This document shows, piece after piece, positions 11,300-20,941 of a stretch of DNA of 64,000 nt. Every line of letters starts with the position of its first letter. Position 1 is the stretch's first letter. The DNA lies in contig CAXGUD010000011.1 of assembly GCA_964012805.1 (NCBI GenBank), positions 43,161 to 107,160 of the forward strand. The letters are read 5' to 3'. This stretch comes from an uncultured Bacteriovoracaceae bacterium. Its GTDB lineage: Bacteria > Bdellovibrionota > Bacteriovoracia > Bacteriovoracales > Bacteriovoracaceae. The translations under genes and the position numbers were made by a program. A model generated the notes under the pieces. That model searched no databases. It worked only from the letters and a program-made list of their open reading frames with translations, and was not told the origin of the DNA.

Positions 11300-12214
11300 G
11301 TGGTAAATCAAAAGAAAGTTGTAAATTTAACTTTGACGTGTTTTCTAACATTAGTAGCTATTTTCTTCCTTGTAAGGATGGCACCTGGAGATCCTGTAGA
11401 GAGATTGTTGGGACCAGAAGCAACTTACGAGGAAATACAAAACTATAGAAATGACTTAGGGTTAAATGATACAATTTTAATTCAGTTTAAAACATTCTTT
11501 TTAAATACGCTTAAAGGAGACTTGGGAAAATCTCTTTTTAAAAGAAAAGATGTCATGACCCTTCTTTCAAAGCATTTTAAACCAACTCTTGTTATAGCCT
11601 TTTTTACGATAATTATTAGTAGTTTTTGTGGCATAACTTTTGGGTTAATTTCGGCTGTATACAAATCCAGAAAGCCAGACCATATGTTAAGACTTTTTTC
11701 AATATTTGCCCTTTCCTTCCCAATCTTTTCTTTGGGTCCAATCCTAGTCTATATATTTTCAATAAAATTGCAGGCCTTTCCTGTTTCGGAATGGGGCGAT
11801 GGAGGGTTTAAACATCTTTTTCTTCCAGTTATGACTTTAGTTATTCCCTTAAGTTCAGTTTTATCAAGATTCACTAGAAATAAATTTTTAGAAGAAATGA
11901 AGGCCCAGTGGATAGAAATATTGAAAGCTAAAGGTTTATCAACCTTTTCAATAAATTTAAGAGTGTTAAAAGTCTGCGCACCATCACTATTAAATGTTAT
12001 TGCAATACAGTTATCTGTTATTTTGGCAGGTACGATGGTTACAGAGACAATTTTTGATATACCAGGGATGGGCTCTTTATTGTTAGAAGCTATTCAGAAT
12101 AGAGATTATCCCATAGTCCAAGGAGTCATATTATATTCGACATTAATTTACATGGTTATTTATTTTTTAACGGATTATTTGGCACAAAAGTGTGATCCAA
12201 GGATTAGTAATTAG
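11300..12214 (+). CDS. Peptide ABC transporter permease (DppB/OppB type)
   Basis: APGDP, GDLGKS, KAKGLS (EAA loop), ETIFDIPGMG, RDYPIVQG, DPRI. Confidence 0.92.
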   Translation: MVNQKKVVNLTLTCFLTLVAIFFLVRMAPGDPVERLLGPEATYEEIQNYRNDLGLNDTILIQFKTFFLNTLKGDLGKSLFKRKDVMTLLSKHFKPTLVIAFFTIIISSFCGITFGLISAVYKSRKPDHMLRLFSIFALSFPIFSLGPILVYIFSIKLQAFPVSEWGDGGFKHLFLPVMTLVIPLSSVLSRFTRNKFLEEMKAQWIEILKAKGLSTFSINLRVLKVCAPSLLNVIAIQLSVILAGTMVTETIFDIPGMGSLLLEAIQNRDYPIVQGVILYSTLIYMVIYFLTDYLAQKCDPRISN

Positions 12215-13061
12215 TATGAAATTAAAAAGTCTTAAATTAAAAAAAAATGGAGAGCTCCTAATCGGAGGAGGAATTTGTAGCATATTTTTTTTATGGTCTC
12301 TTGGATGGTTTATTTATTCAACTATGATAAATGGATCCTTTAAAAATCCTTTTGTTCCAAAAATGGATATGAAGTATGAATTGATCTTACCTTTTCAAGA
12401 AAAGTTTTTTATGGGAACAGATGTTTATGGCAGATCGCTTTTTGAAGTTATATCATCTGGGGTTTCATATTCCATATTAATTTCATTAACAGTAAGCTTT
12501 TTTGCATCAGTAATTGGCTTAATAATAGGATATTTTTCAGTTTCTGGAAGTAATACTGTAAAAAAGCTATTTGATTTCATGACTAATTTTGTATTTATTT
12601 TACCAAGCCTTTTACTTGCAATATTATTAATGTCTTTTTCAGGTCAGTCCTTATTAGGTCTTATACTAGTATTAGTTTTAACTGGCTGGCCTTCTTATGC
12701 AAAACTAGCGAGAGGAGAAACAAAAAGAATTATGGGCTTGTGTTATTTAGAAGGTGCAAGGGCCATGGGGGCAACACGCTTAAGAATAATGTTAAAAGTT
12801 ATTTTTCCAGAAATATTGCCTGTTTTTGTTGTTAATATAATTTTAGGACTTAGTGGGGTTATAATTAGTGAGGCAACTCTTGGATTCTTGGGGCTTGGAG
12901 GAAGTGAGTATTCATGGGGTGTCTTATTATCTATGGGTAAAGACGTTTTATTAGAAGGTCCACATATTGTTATTATTTCAAGCATGGTGCTGGGGTTATT
13001 GATAATAGGCCTTAATTTTTTTGGAGACGGTTTAAGAGATTATTTAGATCCAAAGAGCTAA
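12192..13061 (+). CDS. Peptide ABC transporter permease (DppC/OppC type)
   Basis: MGTDVYGRS, EGARAMGA, EATLGFLGLG, GDGLRDYLDPK. Confidence 0.92.
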   Translation: MIQGLVISMKLKSLKLKKNGELLIGGGICSIFFLWSLGWFIYSTMINGSFKNPFVPKMDMKYELILPFQEKFFMGTDVYGRSLFEVISSGVSYSILISLTVSFFASVIGLIIGYFSVSGSNTVKKLFDFMTNFVFILPSLLLAILLMSFSGQSLLGLILVLVLTGWPSYAKLARGETKRIMGLCYLEGARAMGATRLRIMLKVIFPEILPVFVVNIILGLSGVIISEATLGFLGLGGSEYSWGVLLSMGKDVLLEGPHIVIISSMVLGLLIIGLNFFGDGLRDYLDPKS

Positions 13062-13079
13062 AAGAATAAGGGATAAAAA

Positions 13080-14177
13080 ATGATTGATATAGGGCAACTT
13101 ATTTTGATGGGCATTGAGGGAAAAAGCCTTCTCCCGGAAGAAGCAGATTTCATTAAAAAAGAAAATATTGGTGGAATAATCTTATTTTCAAAAAATTATG
13201 AAGACCCAGTCCAATTAGCACAACTCGTAAACTCTATTCAGAAACTTAGAAAGGATTATCCACTCTTCATATCTGTTGATCATGAAGGTGGAAGAGTTAT
13301 TCGATTTAGAGATCATTTTACGCAATTTCCACCAATGCTAGATATTGCTAAGCTTGATTCTCCCAAGTGTTTTTATTCTCTTTCTAAAATTATGGCAGAG
13401 GAGCTTTTGTTATGTGGAGTAAACTTCAACTTTTCTCCTTGCTGCGATATTTTGACCAATGAAAAAAATATTGTCATAGGTAATAGGGCTTTTGGAAAGG
13501 ACTCCGAAACTGTTTCAAAATTTATATCCTCTGCAATAAGGGGTTTTCAAACTAATGGTATGGTGGCATGTGCGAAACATTTCCCAGGCCATGGATCAAC
13601 TTATAAAGATTCTCATTTTGATTTACCTGAAATTGGAAAAAGTTTAGATGAGTTGAGAGGCAAAGAGTTTTTACCCTTTAAAAAAGCTATAAAATCTAGG
13701 GTGGAGTTCATAATGATGGGTCACCTTTTAATCCCTACCGTAGATCCATCTTTCCCAGCATCATTGAGTAAAAAATGGCACGATATTTTGAGAAAAGAGT
13801 TAAAGTTCGATAAATTGATCATTAGTGATGATTTACAAATGGAAGCGATTACGAAGCATTTTACTTTAGAAGAAGCTTCAACAACGGCTTTGGATGCTGG
13901 TTCAGATATATTAATTTATCGTGATTTTGAACATGCACAAAAAGGTCATCAAGCAATTATCGAAGGCTTAAAAGAGAAAAAGTTGAACTCTGGTCAGATT
14001 TATGAAAAGAATAAACGAATTCTTGACTGTAAGAAGAGGTTTTTTAAAGAATATAAGCCTGTTTATGTGAAGGGTATCGAGAAAAAATTAAATATTGAAT
14101 CTACAAAAACTTTTTTGAAAGATATAACAGCTAAAATTTCTACAAAGGCACAAGATAGTAACATAGAAGCTTATTAA
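13080..14177 (+). CDS. nagZ: Beta-N-acetylhexosaminidase (GH3)
   Basis: VDHEGGRVIR, KHFPGHGS..DSH, SDDLQM. Confidence 0.92.
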   Translation: MIDIGQLILMGIEGKSLLPEEADFIKKENIGGIILFSKNYEDPVQLAQLVNSIQKLRKDYPLFISVDHEGGRVIRFRDHFTQFPPMLDIAKLDSPKCFYSLSKIMAEELLLCGVNFNFSPCCDILTNEKNIVIGNRAFGKDSETVSKFISSAIRGFQTNGMVACAKHFPGHGSTYKDSHFDLPEIGKSLDELRGKEFLPFKKAIKSRVEFIMMGHLLIPTVDPSFPASLSKKWHDILRKELKFDKLIISDDLQMEAITKHFTLEEASTTALDAGSDILIYRDFEHAQKGHQAIIEGLKEKKLNSGQIYEKNKRILDCKKRFFKEYKPVYVKGIEKKLNIESTKTFLKDITAKISTKAQDSNIEAY

Positions 14178-14302
14178 AAATCTCTATTTTCTAGTACCTT
14201 CAATAAGTTGACTTTATTCGTTTTTAGGAAAAATATTCTGTAAGAAGTTTTTCCTGTCTAATTCTTTTTTTTGTTATCCTAGAGTATGGGACTCTTTGCA
14301 TA

Positions 14303-15784
14303 TTGAAAGGAACCCCATACATGAATCTAGAAAATATTTTAACCAAATTAATAAGAGTCTTTTTAGTTCTGATTCTTCTCTTTCCTATTTTTGAATCCTA
14401 TGGTTCATCTGACTTAGATGATGAAGAAAAATCAATAAAAGAAGAGTGTAAAAAAGGAAATGAAAGAGAGTGCTACAAGTTAGCAAGTTTTTATGAACAA
14501 TATGGCTACAAGGTAAAGGTAGAAAAAAGACTTGTAAGAAGTAAAAAAAGGGGAATAAGGGAAGCATTAAAAATATATAAAAAACAGTGTGATGAACTTG
14601 GTATTGAAAATAATAATGGTTATAAGAGTTGTCAAAAATTGGAAGGAGGAACAAAAGAGATTTTTATTGGGGTTACTTATAAAGGTGCAAGAAAGAGGTA
14701 TATAGATCAGTGTAGAAATAATATATTATCTGGCTGCTATAATCTTGGCTTAGTCTATGAAAAGGGTCAGAAATTAAAAAAAGCAAAAAAATTATTCTTA
14801 AGAGCGTGTCCAGATCCTAACTTTGAATACAAACCTGGTTATGTTAGGTCGGCTTGTACAAAGCTGAAAGGAGAAGAGTCTTCATGGAAAGTTTTTTATG
14901 GAGCTGTTATTTTAGCTGGAGTATCAATTTTTATTATTGCGATTAGCATTTTTAAGGATGAGGGTGAATATCAGGCTACAGAACAAGGTGATGAGAGTGG
15001 AAAAAAAGAAGAAGTAGAAGATCATGGAATTATATTAAGATACTCGAGACCTTTTTTTAAACGGTATATCTCACCGATTGTATCTTCAATGAAAGGTAAA
15101 AGAAAAATAAGAGACAAATATAGACAGAAATTAGCTAGCTCAGGCCTTTCTGATTATTTAACCCCAGAAGATTTTTTATCCTTCAAGTTATTTTTAATTG
15201 TTGGATTTCCTATCCTTTTTTTAATTTTAAGGACATTTTTAGAGGGAGATTGGCCTCTGACCTTAGTACCACTTGTTTCTTTTGCTGGATTTGTTTATCC
15301 AGATATGTGGATTAATGGAAAAATAGATCAGCGGCAAAAAGATGTTATAATGGCGATGCCCTTTTCCGTTGATATGATGGCTCTTTCTGTTGAAGCAGGT
15401 TTAGATTTTGCAGCAGCTATTACTAAAGTAGTTGAAAAAGCAAAAAAAAGTCCATTGAATGATGAATTAATGACTTTTTTAAAAGAAATAAAAGTAGGAG
15501 CAAGTAGAGCTGAAGCTTTGAGAAATTTAGCTTGGAGAATTGATTTAATACAAATGTCATCATTCTGTGCGACACTTATAGCAGCAGATTCTGTTGGGGC
15601 TTCTATAGGCCCGATTTTAAAAAATTTATCGAATGAAATAAGACAAAAAAAATCAGCTCAAGTTGAAAAAGATGGAGCTACTGCAGCTACAAAAATTCTT
15701 TTTCCAATGCTTTTCATAATTGTACCCGCAGTTTTTATTACAGTTGGAGCACCTTTGGCCCTACAAATGTTTATGGGAAGATAA
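14303..15784 (+). CDS. tadC: TadC-like (T2SS F family) pilus platform protein with N-terminal Cys-paired Sel1-like repeats
   Basis: C-terminal DMMALSVEAGLDF, SRAEALRNLA, KILFPMLFIIVPA; N-terminal signal/TM followed by CKKGNERECYKLA and CRNNILSGCYNLGLVYEKG. Confidence 0.8.
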   Translation: MKGTPYMNLENILTKLIRVFLVLILLFPIFESYGSSDLDDEEKSIKEECKKGNERECYKLASFYEQYGYKVKVEKRLVRSKKRGIREALKIYKKQCDELGIENNNGYKSCQKLEGGTKEIFIGVTYKGARKRYIDQCRNNILSGCYNLGLVYEKGQKLKKAKKLFLRACPDPNFEYKPGYVRSACTKLKGEESSWKVFYGAVILAGVSIFIIAISIFKDEGEYQATEQGDESGKKEEVEDHGIILRYSRPFFKRYISPIVSSMKGKRKIRDKYRQKLASSGLSDYLTPEDFLSFKLFLIVGFPILFLILRTFLEGDWPLTLVPLVSFAGFVYPDMWINGKIDQRQKDVIMAMPFSVDMMALSVEAGLDFAAAITKVVEKAKKSPLNDELMTFLKEIKVGASRAEALRNLAWRIDLIQMSSFCATLIAADSVGASIGPILKNLSNEIRQKKSAQVEKDGATAATKILFPMLFIIVPAVFITVGAPLALQMFMGR

Positions 15785-16137
15785 TGGTTAAGCTAGTATG
15801 CAAAGATAAAAATATGATTTTAGGAGAGAAGGTTTTTATTGCCTCATCTTTTTTTGAAAGATTAAAGGGACTGATGTTTGACGATAAATTAGGGAAGGAT
15901 TTTGATGGAATGTTAATAAAACATTGTAACTCTATTCATACTTTCTTTATGAATTATGAAATTGATGTCCTATTTTTGAATAGAAATTTAGAGGTAATTA
16001 AAATACTTAGAGAAATTAAACCTTGGAGAATAACTAAAATATATTTTAGTGCGAGCCAAGTTTTAGAATTAAAAGGAGGAAGTTTGTCTTCAAAAATAGT
16101 TGAAGGTGATCTTTTGGAAGAAGTATGTATAAATTAG
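15784..16137 (+). CDS. DUF192 domain protein
   Basis: FFERLKGLMF, SIHTFFMNYEIDVLFL, VLELKGG; TAATG coupling to tadC. Confidence 0.85.
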   Translation: MVKLVCKDKNMILGEKVFIASSFFERLKGLMFDDKLGKDFDGMLIKHCNSIHTFFMNYEIDVLFLNRNLEVIKILREIKPWRITKIYFSASQVLELKGGSLSSKIVEGDLLEEVCIN

Positions 16138-17681
16138 TTTCTATAGCAGGGCCTTTAAGAGGAAAAGAATACGATTTAAATGAGGGTTCTAACCTTATAG
16201 GTCGTAATGATGATTGTGATATTATTATTGAAAATCAAGGCATTTCAAAAAAACATTTTAATATAACTGTGACGGGTGATTTCGCTTACTTAAAGGATTT
16301 AGATAGTTCTAATGGGACATTTTTAAATGGAAAGTTATTTCAAAGTGGAACTATTAAAAATGGTGACAGAATCGCTCTTCCTGACAATATACTTCAAGTA
16401 GTTCATGTAGAAGAAAGAAAGATAATAATTAAAAAGAAATTAACAGATGGTGATGCCGGACAAAGTGAAGATGATATTTTTAAAGGAGGTGAGACTCCTA
16501 ATGCTTTACCAGATAAATTAATTCATATTTTTAAATATAGAATTATGAATTTTATCCACGGCATAAATGAAGAATATGAGTGGAGGATTTTATTAGGAAT
16601 ATTGATTTTTGCTTTTTCAGTTTTAATTATATCCGTATCAATATTCCCTGTATTAAGAACTACTCAAGCTATAATTTTAGAAGAAACCAAAAAAAGGGGA
16701 CGGCATTTTGCGGAAGAAGTGGCCCGTATTAATAAAAATGCCTTAGCAAGAAAAAATTTAGATAGGATAGATACAGCATTTCTTAATGATGAAAAAGAAG
16801 TTGTCTACGAGTTGATGGATTTAGAGGGAAGAATCGTAAACCCTTTAAGTAAAAGAAATACCTATACGAATGATACATTTTCATTGAGAGCTAAAGAGGA
16901 GATGGAAAAAACTGGAAGAAATACTTTTTTTAAAAATGATTTAGGAGGAGGTGTTATTGGTGTTGCTCAAAGAATTAGAGCAATAAATACGAAAACAGGA
17001 GGATCTGAGGCTGTAGGAATGATTGCACTTAAGTTTACTTCTGAGTCTCTATCAAATCGAGAAGCTAAAGACAGAGTTGCTTATATGGAGGCTTTGGCAA
17101 TATCAATCGGTTTATGTGTGGTTTTTTTTGGTTTTATTTACTTTTTAACTTTAAGACCAATTGAGGAGATAAGGTTTTTAACGGAAGAAGGTATGAAGGG
17201 AAAAGTAAGAAATGTCGAAGGCAAGTATCTAATGAATGAATTGAATATTCTAAAAAATTCAATTAACACTCTTCTTCATCGAAACCGAGAGCTTTCTAAT
17301 GAAGGTGGTGATGAATTTGCCGAAGTTGAAAGTGATGAAGCTTATGTTCAAAGTCTTAGAGAAATATTAGTAGGTGCTGGTGTGCCTGCACTAATATTAA
17401 ATTCAGAAAAAAACTTAATGAATATAAATACGGAAGCGGAAGATCTATGTGGAATTAGAGAGAATACATCACAAGGTATGAGTCTATTAGATGTATCGCG
17501 AGAAAAAGGGTTTGCAGCAACAATTATTGAGTTATGTGATAATTCAGCAAGTAATAATGGATTAAGTCAAGATGGAATTTATGAGATAGGTGGTAATGAT
17601 CATAATATATTCGTCTCTTCCTTAATGGGTAGGGATAATTATGCAAAGGCATTTTATATCACTTTCATTAAAGAAAGCTAA
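16125..17681 (+). CDS. FHA-domain membrane protein (FHA, TM, periplasmic domain, TM, HAMP/PAS-like tail)
   Basis: IGR..ISKKH..SSNGT FHA motifs; two hydrophobic segments; C-terminal PAS-like ALILNSEKNLMNINTEAEDLCG. Confidence 0.8.
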   Translation: MYKLVSIAGPLRGKEYDLNEGSNLIGRNDDCDIIIENQGISKKHFNITVTGDFAYLKDLDSSNGTFLNGKLFQSGTIKNGDRIALPDNILQVVHVEERKIIIKKKLTDGDAGQSEDDIFKGGETPNALPDKLIHIFKYRIMNFIHGINEEYEWRILLGILIFAFSVLIISVSIFPVLRTTQAIILEETKKRGRHFAEEVARINKNALARKNLDRIDTAFLNDEKEVVYELMDLEGRIVNPLSKRNTYTNDTFSLRAKEEMEKTGRNTFFKNDLGGGVIGVAQRIRAINTKTGGSEAVGMIALKFTSESLSNREAKDRVAYMEALAISIGLCVVFFGFIYFLTLRPIEEIRFLTEEGMKGKVRNVEGKYLMNELNILKNSINTLLHRNRELSNEGGDEFAEVESDEAYVQSLREILVGAGVPALILNSEKNLMNINTEAEDLCGIRENTSQGMSLLDVSREKGFAATIIELCDNSASNNGLSQDGIYEIGGNDHNIFVSSLMGRDNYAKAFYITFIKES

Positions 17682-17689
17682 GTAATGTT

Positions 17690-18673
17690 ATGGCCGGAAA
17701 AACAGTTATTCTTAAAAAAGATTTCAAGCCTATATCTGTTTCAGGGAAACATCATAGGATTTTGTGCCTAACTGGAGTAAATAAAGGCTTTTCATACTAT
17801 TTAAAAAGTAAAAGAATCTTAATGGGGAGGAGTAAAAGAGTAGATATTCCTGTTTTAGATCAGCAGTCTTCGAGAAAACACGCAGAATTAATTAAAATTG
17901 ACGATTACTATGTTCTAACAGACTTAGGTTCACAAAATGGTTTGTATGTTGATGAGCATAAAATAATTCAACATAAATTAAGTGATGGAGAAAGGATTAT
18001 AATAGGAAAAACTGCATTTCGCTATAATATAATAATCAATAATGAAAACTATGAAGATGAAGATGAAGATGAATACGAAGATGAAGATGAGATCAATGAA
18101 TTTAAAAATAATGAAGGAAGCTTAAAAGGCAGTAATAAAGATAAAAAAAATAAAAAGATGCTGTTTGTTATAGTTGGACTGTTCTTGCTTTTTATGCTTC
18201 TGGACGACGAGGGAAAAGGTAAAAAAGGGAAAAAGAAAAAATCAAAAAAGGGTGATGAGATAAGCAGTTTATTAAAGAAAAAAGAAAGTCGTAAAAGCTC
18301 AGATATTGAAAATAGGGTAGACATAATTTTAAAGAGAGGATTAAGAGAGTATCGAGAAGGAAATTATTTTAGAGCAATTGCGGAGTTTAACTATGCTCTA
18401 ATATTATCCCCTAATCATGCTAGATCTAGCTTCTATTTAAATCGAGCAAAGCAAGATCTAGATAAGGAAATAAATGCAAACTTTGAAAGATCAAAGAGAT
18501 CGCTTTCTTCACTTAAATACGGAGAAGCAATTGTAGCAAACTGTGAAGTGACTAAATTTTTAAAAGGCTATGAATTAGATGACAGATACAAGGAAGCAAT
18601 ATCCAATTTGAATAAAATAAAAGTTAAACTAAATAAAGATATGAATGTAGACCTTTGTGGAGCCAAAAGGTGA
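17690..18673 (+). CDS. FHA-TM-TPR protein
   Basis: MGR..SSRKH..SQNGL FHA; acidic linker; TM; TPR-like GLREYREGNYFRAIAEF. Confidence 0.8.
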   Translation: MAGKTVILKKDFKPISVSGKHHRILCLTGVNKGFSYYLKSKRILMGRSKRVDIPVLDQQSSRKHAELIKIDDYYVLTDLGSQNGLYVDEHKIIQHKLSDGERIIIGKTAFRYNIIINNENYEDEDEDEYEDEDEINEFKNNEGSLKGSNKDKKNKKMLFVIVGLFLLFMLLDDEGKGKKGKKKKSKKGDEISSLLKKKESRKSSDIENRVDIILKRGLREYREGNYFRAIAEFNYALILSPNHARSSFYLNRAKQDLDKEINANFERSKRSLSSLKYGEAIVANCEVTKFLKGYELDDRYKEAISNLNKIKVKLNKDMNVDLCGAKR

Positions 18674-20934
18674 AATTAACTATTCATAGAGAAGATGAAA
18701 TTTATCGAGTTGTTGATTTTGGTAAAAATTTAGACTTGGACCTAGGTTCAGAGTTTTCTTGTTTTTTAGGCAGATCTAATGATTGCTATGTACAATTAGA
18801 TAGTCGACAGATTTCAAGAGAGCACTTAAAAATTACATTCAGAAGTGGGATATGGTTAGTTGAGGATGTTTCAAAAAGTTTACCACTAATTGTAAATGGA
18901 AACCAAGTTAGTCAGTTTAATCCAAAGAATGGAGACTCTGTTAAGTTAGGTGAGTTTACATTTTATCTAAACGTGGAATCTTTTGATGATAAATCACCAA
19001 ATTCTATATCTAAAGTAAGCGAAAGGCTCGATGAAGAAAATAAAAATGAATCAAAAGAAAATATAAAGCAAAGACCAGATACTGATGAAGATAATATCCA
19101 GGAACTAAATAGCCATGAAGAAGAATCTGGGGAAGGTGTTAAAGAAGATAATACCAACTTTGATGATGATAGTTCTGAATTTAGTGGAGATAATTTAGAA
19201 GATAATGAGCAACAACCGAATGAAGAATATGATGAATATCAATCTAATGAAGATTCAGGTAGTGATTATAGTGACGGAAGCTTGGAGGATAGTAATCAAT
19301 TTCAAGAAGAAGATGATACTTATAATGAAATGGATGAGTTTTCTAATGATGATTCTTCAGAAAAGACAGACCCATTTGGAAGTTTTTTAAAATTCGAGTT
19401 GATGTTGCAGGGAGATTTCGCACCTTTTGAAAAATTCTCTTTAGGTGATGGAGAGTTTTATATAGGTAGAAATAAGGAAAAATGCCAAATAGTTTTAGAT
19501 GATAAAAAAGTTAGCAATGTTCATGCTTTAATCAAAAAATCCAATGTAAAAGTAAAAATAGAAGATAATAAATCTGGGAATGGTACTTTACTTAATGGTC
19601 AGAGGATTAATTCTGCTGATTTGAAAGATGGAGATGTTTTCCAAATCGGCGATACTTTTTTTAAATTGAGTGCTCTTTCAGAATTGATAGCACAGGAAGA
19701 AGACAGATTAATGCCTGTTGAGCAAAATCAATTTATAGAAGTTGAAGAAGTAGTTGAAGTTGAAAGTACATTTGGTGATGAAGATGATGATGAAGATGAT
19801 GATGCAGATGAAAGTGAGATAGAAAAAAGTGATGAAAAAAGTTTAATAAAAAAGATATTAAATGATCCTGAGAAAAGAAAAAAAGCAATCTTTGGAATTG
19901 TTGGCCTTTTAGCTTTAGTTTTACTTTTACCAACTGAGGATACCAAAGATAGCAAGCGTAAAAAAGCAAGAACTCCAGCCTCAAAAATAAAAAAGAAAAA
20001 AGAAAAGGTTAAAAAAGATATTTACACAAAAGAGCAAAAAGAGTTTCTTGAAGGAAATTATTTGTTGTCTCAAACTTTATATGAACAGGGGAAGTATAGG
20101 GAAACTATTCGTGTTCTCGAGTCTGTTTTCCAAACAACGAAAGGAAAAGACTATAAGAATGCTAAACAAATTAGATCACTTGCTAAAAAAGGGTTAGCGG
20201 AATTAGAAGAAATTGAAAGAAAGAGAAAAATAGAGGAAGAAAAAAGAATTAGAATGAAAAAAGTATCTGATCTCGTTGAGAAAGCGAAAGAAGCTGTTAA
20301 AGAGAAGCAGGTTTCAGTTGCTGCAACAATATTTAATACAATTTTAGAGTTGGATCCAGAAAATTATGATGTTCCACAGTTAAAAGCGGAAATCGATTCT
20401 TGGAGTGCTGAGATAAGGGCTAAAGAAGCAGAGGAATCAAGAAAAATGGCGGAAAGGTCAAATAAAGTATCAAAGCTTCAGCCAGGAAAGACTTTTTATT
20501 TAAAGGAAAATTGGTACAAGGCAATCAAAAAATTAGAAGAGTTTCTGAAAATAGATTATATGGATGAGGATTTGGTTCAGGAAGGCTCTAAAATGTTAGC
20601 AGAATCAAAAAAGAATCTTGATAATATTTTAAAACCTTTGTTAAGAAAAGCAGAAAGGATGAAAGAGGCTAGGGACTTGAAAACAGCCTATAAAATTTAT
20701 AATAAAATTCTCGATCATGACCCTGAAAATGAAAAAGCTCTTAATGAGATGGGCAATATTAGAGACGATCTTTTTTATAGAGCAAGGAGAATATATAGAG
20801 ACGCTTTGATTGATGAGAGTCTCAGTTTTTTTAAAGAAGCTAAAGAAAAATTTGAAGATGTAAAAGAGATGGCTCCAGTAGGTAGTCCTTACTTTAAAAA
20901 GGCAAATGAAAAATTAAAGAATTATATAGAGTGA
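18655..20934 (+). CDS. Tandem-FHA, TM, multi-TPR protein
   Basis: Two FHA domains (LGR..SREH; IGR..SNVH..GNGT) separated by an acidic linker; TM; TPRs (ILELDPEN, ILDHDPEN). Start may be GTG 18670. Confidence 0.8.
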   Translation: MWSQKVKLTIHREDEIYRVVDFGKNLDLDLGSEFSCFLGRSNDCYVQLDSRQISREHLKITFRSGIWLVEDVSKSLPLIVNGNQVSQFNPKNGDSVKLGEFTFYLNVESFDDKSPNSISKVSERLDEENKNESKENIKQRPDTDEDNIQELNSHEEESGEGVKEDNTNFDDDSSEFSGDNLEDNEQQPNEEYDEYQSNEDSGSDYSDGSLEDSNQFQEEDDTYNEMDEFSNDDSSEKTDPFGSFLKFELMLQGDFAPFEKFSLGDGEFYIGRNKEKCQIVLDDKKVSNVHALIKKSNVKVKIEDNKSGNGTLLNGQRINSADLKDGDVFQIGDTFFKLSALSELIAQEEDRLMPVEQNQFIEVEEVVEVESTFGDEDDDEDDDADESEIEKSDEKSLIKKILNDPEKRKKAIFGIVGLLALVLLLPTEDTKDSKRKKARTPASKIKKKKEKVKKDIYTKEQKEFLEGNYLLSQTLYEQGKYRETIRVLESVFQTTKGKDYKNAKQIRSLAKKGLAELEEIERKRKIEEEKRIRMKKVSDLVEKAKEAVKEKQVSVAATIFNTILELDPENYDVPQLKAEIDSWSAEIRAKEAEESRKMAERSNKVSKLQPGKTFYLKENWYKAIKKLEEFLKIDYMDEDLVQEGSKMLAESKKNLDNILKPLLRKAERMKEARDLKTAYKIYNKILDHDPENEKALNEMGNIRDDLFYRARRIYRDALIDESLSFFKEAKEKFEDVKEMAPVGSPYFKKANEKLKNYIE

Positions 20935-20941
20935 GTATTAT

